In this document: one piece after another, positions 59,104 through 64,000 of the stretch
Position numbering within the stretch: the first letter of the stretch is position 1
Layout: each line of letters opens with the position of its first letter
NCBI GenBank assembly: GCA_965243135.1
Contig: OZ251539.1
Coordinates: 2,592,001 to 2,656,000 of the forward strand
DNA from: Alphaproteobacteria bacterium
Lineage (GTDB): Bacteria; Pseudomonadota; Alphaproteobacteria; MPNO01; UBA830
DNA length: 64,000 bases
Reading direction: 5' to 3'
The notes under the pieces: model-generated
Seen by the model: the letters and a program-made list of their open reading frames with translations, nothing else
What the model was told of the DNA's origin: nothing
Database searches by the model: none
Position numbers and translations under genes: made by a program

Positions 59104-60361
59104 CGAGTCCGAGATACTCCGCCTGCTCCGAGGTCAACGTCGTGAGGCGAGCCCCCAATTTGTCGAGATGCAGGGCCGCGACCTCCTCGTCGAGCCGCTT
59201 GGGCAGGACGTAGACCTTCCTTTCGCCGTATTCCGATCCGCGCTCCCAGAGTTCGATCTGCGCCAGAACCTGGTTGGTGAAGGAAGCGCTCATCACGAAA
59301 CTCGGATGCCCGGTCGCGCAGCCGAGATTGACGAGGCGGCCTTCGGCGAGAACGATCAGCCTCTTGCCGTCCGGGAACACGACCTCGTCGACCTGCGGCT
59401 TCACGTTTTCCCAGCGATAGTTGCGCAGCGCCTCTATCTGCACCTCGCTGTCGAAGTGGCCGATGTTGCAGACGATCGCCCGATCCTTCATGCGGCGCAT
59501 ATGATCGATGGTGACGACGTCTATGTTTCCGGTGGCGGTGACGAAGATGTCGGCGACCGGCGCCGCGAGATCCATGGTCACGACTTCGTAGCCTTCCATC
59601 GACGCCTGAAGCGCGCAAATGGGATCGATCTCCGTTATCATCACGCGAGCGCCCTGCGCGCGCAAGCTAGCGGCCGAACCCTTGCCGACGTCGCCGTATC
59701 CCGCGACCACGGCGATCTTGCCGGCGACCATGGTGTCGGTCGCCCGCTTGATGCCGTCGACCAGACTCTCGCGGCACCCGTAAAGATTGTCGAACTTGGA
59801 CTTGGTGACGGAATCGTTGACGTTGATAGCGGGAACCAGCAACTCGCCGTTGCGCTCCATCTCGTAGAGGCGATGCACGCCGGTCGTGGTCTCTTCTGAC
59901 AGTCCCTTCACGTCCTTCATTAGTTCGGGGTAGTCTTCGTGCATCAATTTAGTGAGGTCGCCGCCGTCGTCGAGAAGCATGTTCGGGGTCCAGCCGTCGG
60001 GACCCCGAACGGTCCGGTGGATGCACCACCAGAAATCCTCTTCGGTCTCGCCCTTCCATGCGAACACCGGAACGCCGACGGCCGCGACGGCCGCCGCTGC
60101 CTGGTCCTGGGTCGAAAAGATGTTGCAAGAGCTCCAGCGCACGGTGGCGCCGAGCGCGGTCAGCGTTTCGATCAGGACGGCCGTTTGGATCGTCATATGG
60201 AGACAACCGGCGATTCTCGCGCCTTCGAGGGGCCGCGAGCCTCCGTATTTCTTGCGCAGCGAGATCAGGCCGGGCATCTCCGTCTCCGCTATCGCGATTT
60301 CCTTGCGGCCCCATTCCGCCAGCGACAGATCGGCAACCTTGCAGTCCTGGGACGTGTTCAT
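59063..60361 (-). CDS. ahcY: Adenosylhomocysteinase
   Basis: [46 protein letters not shown]. Confidence 0.98.
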   Translation of the reverse strand: MNTSQDCKVADLSLAEWGRKEIAIAETEMPGLISLRKKYGGSRPLEGARIAGCLHMTIQTAVLIETLTALGATVRWSSCNIFSTQDQAAAAVAAVGVPVFAWKGETEEDFWWCIHRTVRGPDGWTPNMLLDDGGDLTKLMHEDYPELMKDVKGLSEETTTGVHRLYEMERNGELLVPAINVNDSVTKSKFDNLYGCRESLVDGIKRATDTMVAGKIAVVAGYGDVGKGSAASLRAQGARVMITEIDPICALQASMEGYEVVTMDLAAPVADIFVTATGNIDVVTIDHMRRMKDRAIVCNIGHFDSEVQIEALRNYRWENVKPQVDEVVFPDGKRLIVLAEGRLVNLGCATGHPSFVMSASFTNQVLAQIELWERGSEYGERKVYVLPKRLDEEVAALHLDKLGARLTTLTSEQAEYLGLDAAGPFKPDYYRY

Positions 60362-60789
60362 GCGGCGCTCCGGCGGACGCTGCGACTCGCGGGAAGGCGA
60401 GCCGCTTCCGGTCGAACGCCCGTATAGCAGGAACGGAAAGCGCTGGGCAACCAGCGATCTTCGGACGGAAAGAAGCGTCCGTCGCTACGGGGCCGGCCGC
60501 TTGCCGACAGCAGGCGGGCCGGGACTCCGGGCGGTCGACCGTCCACGCGACCTTCGCGAACGGCCGGACCGCGGGGACGCCGAACCCGGCAACCCGGCGC
60601 GGCGCGAACGCCGCTCTTGCGCTTTCGCCGCGCGTAAGCATACTACTTGTCCGAACCGTGCGAATCGCCGTAAACTGCATGCAGAATGGACGGCCCTGAG
60701 ACGAGAATGCGCCAGCGAAACGGAACAGCGAAGCCGGAAACGGCGAGTAACCCGCTTTTGTCCGCGCAGACACGAAACATGGACGGGAA

Positions 60790-61347
60790 ATGAGCGAAGA
60801 AAACACTCGGAAGAAATCCTCCTACAACGTGCGTCCTCAAGGAGACTTCGCCGACGACGCGCCGTCCCAAGTCCGCATATTCCCCAACGGCGCACGCTAT
60901 ATAGGCCAGATTCGCGACGGCAAGATGCATGGCTGGGGCCTCTTCATCGCCGACGACGGAACCCAGTACAAGGGCGAGTGGCGCGACGGCGTACGTGAGG
61001 GGCGCGGAACGATCGTCGAGCCCGACGGCGGACGCATGGAAGGAGAATGGCTCGAGGGAAAATTGCATGGCCGGGGAACCGTCGTCTTCTCCGACGGAGG
61101 GTATTACGAGGGCGATTGGCGCAACGGCAAGATGCATGGCAGCGGGACCATCGTATTCGCCGACGGCGAGAGCTACGAAGGCGGATGGCGCAACGGCAAG
61201 ATGCATGGCCACGGAACCGTCGTATTCGCCGACGGCGAACGCTTCCAGGGCGAGTGGTACATGGGCAAGCGCCGCGGCTGGGGCATCCATTTCGACGCCG
61301 ACGGCAAAACGCTCTGGAGCGGAGTGCGCAGAAAAACCGGGGCTTGA
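60790..61347 (+). CDS. MORN-repeat protein
   Basis: About six 23-aa YEGxWRNGKMHGxGTxxFADG repeats. Confidence 0.9.
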   Translation: MSEENTRKKSSYNVRPQGDFADDAPSQVRIFPNGARYIGQIRDGKMHGWGLFIADDGTQYKGEWRDGVREGRGTIVEPDGGRMEGEWLEGKLHGRGTVVFSDGGYYEGDWRNGKMHGSGTIVFADGESYEGGWRNGKMHGHGTVVFADGERFQGEWYMGKRRGWGIHFDADGKTLWSGVRRKTGA

Positions 61348-61547
61348 GGCGCCGTCGCAAGCCGTCGAACGAAGCTGCCGCGCCGCTCGATTCCCCGACA
61401 TGCCGCTCGCGCCCGGCCGCCGGTTGCGCATACCGGCTCATCGGCGGAATTTCGGTGGCTGGCGGAAGCGGGTGCCGCCCGTCTTTCCCGAGAGCGGCCC
61501 CTCCCTGCAACGGCGGGCCGGCGGCGGACGCGCCCGGCCTCGGCGCG

Positions 61548-62429
61548 TCACGGCCTCCGGCCGCCCGGACGCAGATCCCGATGCGATAGATCGACCCGTT
61601 GCCCCTGCCCGCGCAGCCACGCCGCCAGGCGTTCGCCGACGTAAACCGACCTGTGACGGCCGCCCGTGCAGCCGACCGCTATGGTCAGATAGCTCTTCCC
61701 CTCAGCTTCGAATCGCGGCAGCAACGGCTCGAGCAGGGCCTTCAGATTGCCGAAGAATGCGGCGAAGCTGGGATCCTGCTCGATGAACGCGCCTACCTTT
61801 TCGTCGTTTCCGGTAAGCGGCCGAAGCGCTTCGCTGTAGTGCGGATTCCTGAGGAACCGGACGTCGAACACCAGATCCGCCTCGTGCGGAAGGCCGTGCC
61901 GGTAGGCGAAGGACGTCACGAAAACCGCAAGGCCCGGCGACCGGTCGAAAGCATGGTTCGCGGCAAGCAGGCGCCGAAGATTGGCCGCGGTCAGTTCCGT
62001 CGTATCGATAACTTCGTCCGCCCGTTCCCGAAGCGGCGACAGCATTCGGCGCTCATGAACGATGCTGTCGGCCGGCGGACGGTCGGGGGCGGCGGGATGC
62101 CGGCGGCGGGTTTCCGAAAAACGGCGCAACAACGCCGCGCCGTCGCAATCGAGAAACAGCACGCGCACCGCCAGGCGCGGATTGCCGATGAGGGAATCCA
62201 GTTCGTCCAGAAACGGGCGCACCCCGAAATCGCGAGTCCGCGCGTCGACCCCGATCGCGAGCGGCCGCAACTGTCCGGGTTGCACCAGGCTGGACAGCAG
62301 CGAAAGCGGCAGATTGTCGACCGCTTCGTAACCCATGTCCTCGAGAGCCTTCAATGCCGTCGACCGTCCGGCGCCCGACATGCCGGTGACGATAACGACC
62401 GGATTCGCCGCCGCAGTGTCGTCGCCCAT
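61548..62429 (-). CDS. rapZ: RNase adapter RapZ
   Basis: VTGMSGAGRS, VDNLP, DVRFLRNPH, GCTGGRHRSV. Confidence 0.95.
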   Translation of the reverse strand: MGDDTAAANPVVIVTGMSGAGRSTALKALEDMGYEAVDNLPLSLLSSLVQPGQLRPLAIGVDARTRDFGVRPFLDELDSLIGNPRLAVRVLFLDCDGAALLRRFSETRRRHPAAPDRPPADSIVHERRMLSPLRERADEVIDTTELTAANLRRLLAANHAFDRSPGLAVFVTSFAYRHGLPHEADLVFDVRFLRNPHYSEALRPLTGNDEKVGAFIEQDPSFAAFFGNLKALLEPLLPRFEAEGKSYLTIAVGCTGGRHRSVYVGERLAAWLRGQGQRVDLSHRDLRPGGRRP

Positions 62430-62516
62430 CGGCTGATCCCCGCTTCCGCTGCGCGCCGCGCCAAGCGGGTCATGATCGGGAATGCGCCGGCCCATGGCAA
62501 CCTCCGGGGACGCGCC

Positions 62517-64000
62517 TTACGGCGCCGCGGGAAAGCGCACGACGAATCGCGCGCCCATGCGCCGCCCGCCCGCGTCGTGGAGATTTTCGGCATGAATGCC
62601 GCCGCCGTGCGCTTCGACGATCTGGCGGGAAATGCTGAGGCCCAGGCCCGAGTGGCGACCGAAGCTCTCCCCTTCCGGGCGCTCCGAATAGAAGCGTTCG
62701 AAAATCGAATCCAGACTTTCCGGCGGTATCCCGCTCCCCTGGTCCTCAACCAGCACCGTCACGCCGTCCCGTTCGCGACGGACCGACAGCGAAATTACGC
62801 CGTCCGGCGGCGAGAACGAACGGGCGTTCGCGATCAAGTTCTGGAAGACCTGCACCAGCCTGACCTCCACCCCCATCACCGTGCAGGCGCCCTTCCCGCG
62901 ATAAACCAGCTCCTGCCCGTCATCCGGCCCTTCGGCGGCGCGCAGGGCCTGAATCAGACCCGGCAGCACGCGATCGAGGTCGACCGGCCTCATCCGGCTG
63001 AACGCCAGTTCCGCATCGAGCCGCGAGGCGTCGGAAATATCCGTGATCAGCCTGTCGAGCCGTCCGATATCGTCTTCGATGATGCCCATCAGCGTCGCCC
63101 GCTGCTTCGGGTCGCGCACCCGGGAAATGGTTTCCACGGCGCTTCGCAACGACGTCAACGGATTCTTGATCTCGTGCGCCACGTCGGCCGCGAACCGCTC
63201 GTTGGCGACCATCCGCTGCCACAAGGCGTCCGTCATCTCGCGTAGGGCGGCCGAAAGCTCGCCGATCTCGTCGCGGCGGCGGGTGAAATCAGGGATGGCC
63301 TCGGCCTGCGCCTGTCCCCGGCGCACCGCGTCGGCGGCCGAGGCCAGCCGGCGCACGGGCCGCGCTATGGCTCCGGCGAGATACAGCGACAACAACACCG
63401 TCACTCCCAGCGCCACGACGAACGCCTGCAGAATGTCGAAGCGCGCGTCGCGAACCGCGGCGTCGATCTCGCCGGTTTCGGCCGTGACAAGCACCGCTCC
63501 GAGCACCTGCTTGAACCGCTGCACCGGCGCAGCCGCTCCCAGTCGATGCGCGTCTTCGGGCAGCGACCACCTGCCTGTCTTCACGTCGCCGTCCAGCGCC
63601 CCTTCGACCGCCGGCAGAAGCTCCAGGCGTCCGTCGTCGGGAAAGGTCGGGTGGGGTCGGCGATCGGGGATCAAGGCCACCAGCGCGTCGTACAGATCCT
63701 CGAGCAGATGCGAAGGAAAATCGCCCTCCGAGGTCAGGACTTCGACCTGAACCGCGCCGCCTTCGAGGAAACGACTGTCCGCGACGACGGCGCCCGTCGC
63801 GTCGAAAACCCTGGCGCGGGTCCGGGTCGGCGACACCAGGCGACGCAGCATCGGACGAGCGATGTCGGGCAGGATGAATTGCGCGTCGTCGACGCCGGTG
63901 CCGATCGCGCCTTCGCCGAGCGCTCCCGCGAAAATTTCCGCCTGAATCTCGAGACCCGTCAGCTCGGCTTCGACCAGACCTTCCCGATAATCGTCGAGGT
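62517..64000 (-). CDS. chvG: Sensor histidine kinase ChvG/ExoS (5' end outside the window)
   Basis: PTRTRARVFD, PVQRFKQVLG, HAMP (RDEIGELS), HEIKNPLTSLRSAVE, HSGLGLSIS. Confidence 0.9.
   Translation of the reverse strand, partial: LDDYREGLVEAELTGLEIQAEIFAGALGEGAIGTGVDDAQFILPDIARPMLRRLVSPTRTRARVFDATGAVVADSRFLEGGAVQVEVLTSEGDFPSHLLEDLYDALVALIPDRRPHPTFPDDGRLELLPAVEGALDGDVKTGRWSLPEDAHRLGAAAPVQRFKQVLGAVLVTAETGEIDAAVRDARFDILQAFVVALGVTVLLSLYLAGAIARPVRRLASAADAVRRGQAQAEAIPDFTRRRDEIGELSAALREMTDALWQRMVANERFAADVAHEIKNPLTSLRSAVETISRVRDPKQRATLMGIIEDDIGRLDRLITDISDASRLDAELAFSRMRPVDLDRVLPGLIQALRAAEGPDDGQELVYRGKGACTVMGVEVRLVQVFQNLIANARSFSPPDGVISLSVRRERDGVTVLVEDQGSGIPPESLDSIFERFYSERPEGESFGRHSGLGLSISRQIVEAHGGGIHAENLHDAGGRRMGARFVVRFPAAP

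Noticed and set aside
60362-60720. SAH or SAM riboswitch upstream of ahcY
   Set aside because: Could not find the conserved SAH riboswitch core; only generic GC-rich hairpins and a possible -10 (TGCTATAC).
171-63750. Many long overlapping ORFs, e.g. 4754-6853, 33393-36419, 45679-49095 and 49839-52019
   Set aside because: Antisense or alternate-frame shadows of real genes in high-GC DNA; Arg/Pro/Gly-rich with no recognisable motifs.

Overview
GC-rich alphaproteobacterial chromosome segment (Rhodospirillales-like by gene order; inference). 1-16355 is a decaying defence/mobile island abutting the 3' end of tRNA-Met(CAT). It holds a complete IS1380 that splits an ICE/plasmid-type primase gene, an intact Mrr, an eroded Vsr/C5-MTase/NotI-like RM locus, integrase and group II intron relics, an intact orphan HicA-like gene paired with a 673-aa ParB/Srx-like protein, and an intact ~1245-aa RecD-like helicase-nuclease. 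16.6-27.3 kb is metabolic: a CUT1 ABC transporter-RraA-cupin-MetE-like operon, an amidohydrolase, a peroxiredoxin, a radical SAM protein and a dienelactone hydrolase. 27.7-38.4 kb is a second accessory block next to tRNA-Ser(GGA): a 236-bp MITE, AAA/PD-(D/E)XK genes, a DUF4338 relic, an acyl-CoA ligase and a NurA-HerA pair. 39-64 kb is core (lepA, pheT, pheS, rplT, rpmI, trxA, addA, addB, murU, amgK, tsaE, ahcY, rapZ, chvG), interrupted by a GmrSD/AAA islet and lacking the usual hprK, EIIA and npr genes. The best candidates for an undescribed system are the HicA-like/ParB-like pair, the stand-alone helicase-nuclease and the NurA-HerA pair. All family calls come from motif recognition by eye; no searches were run.
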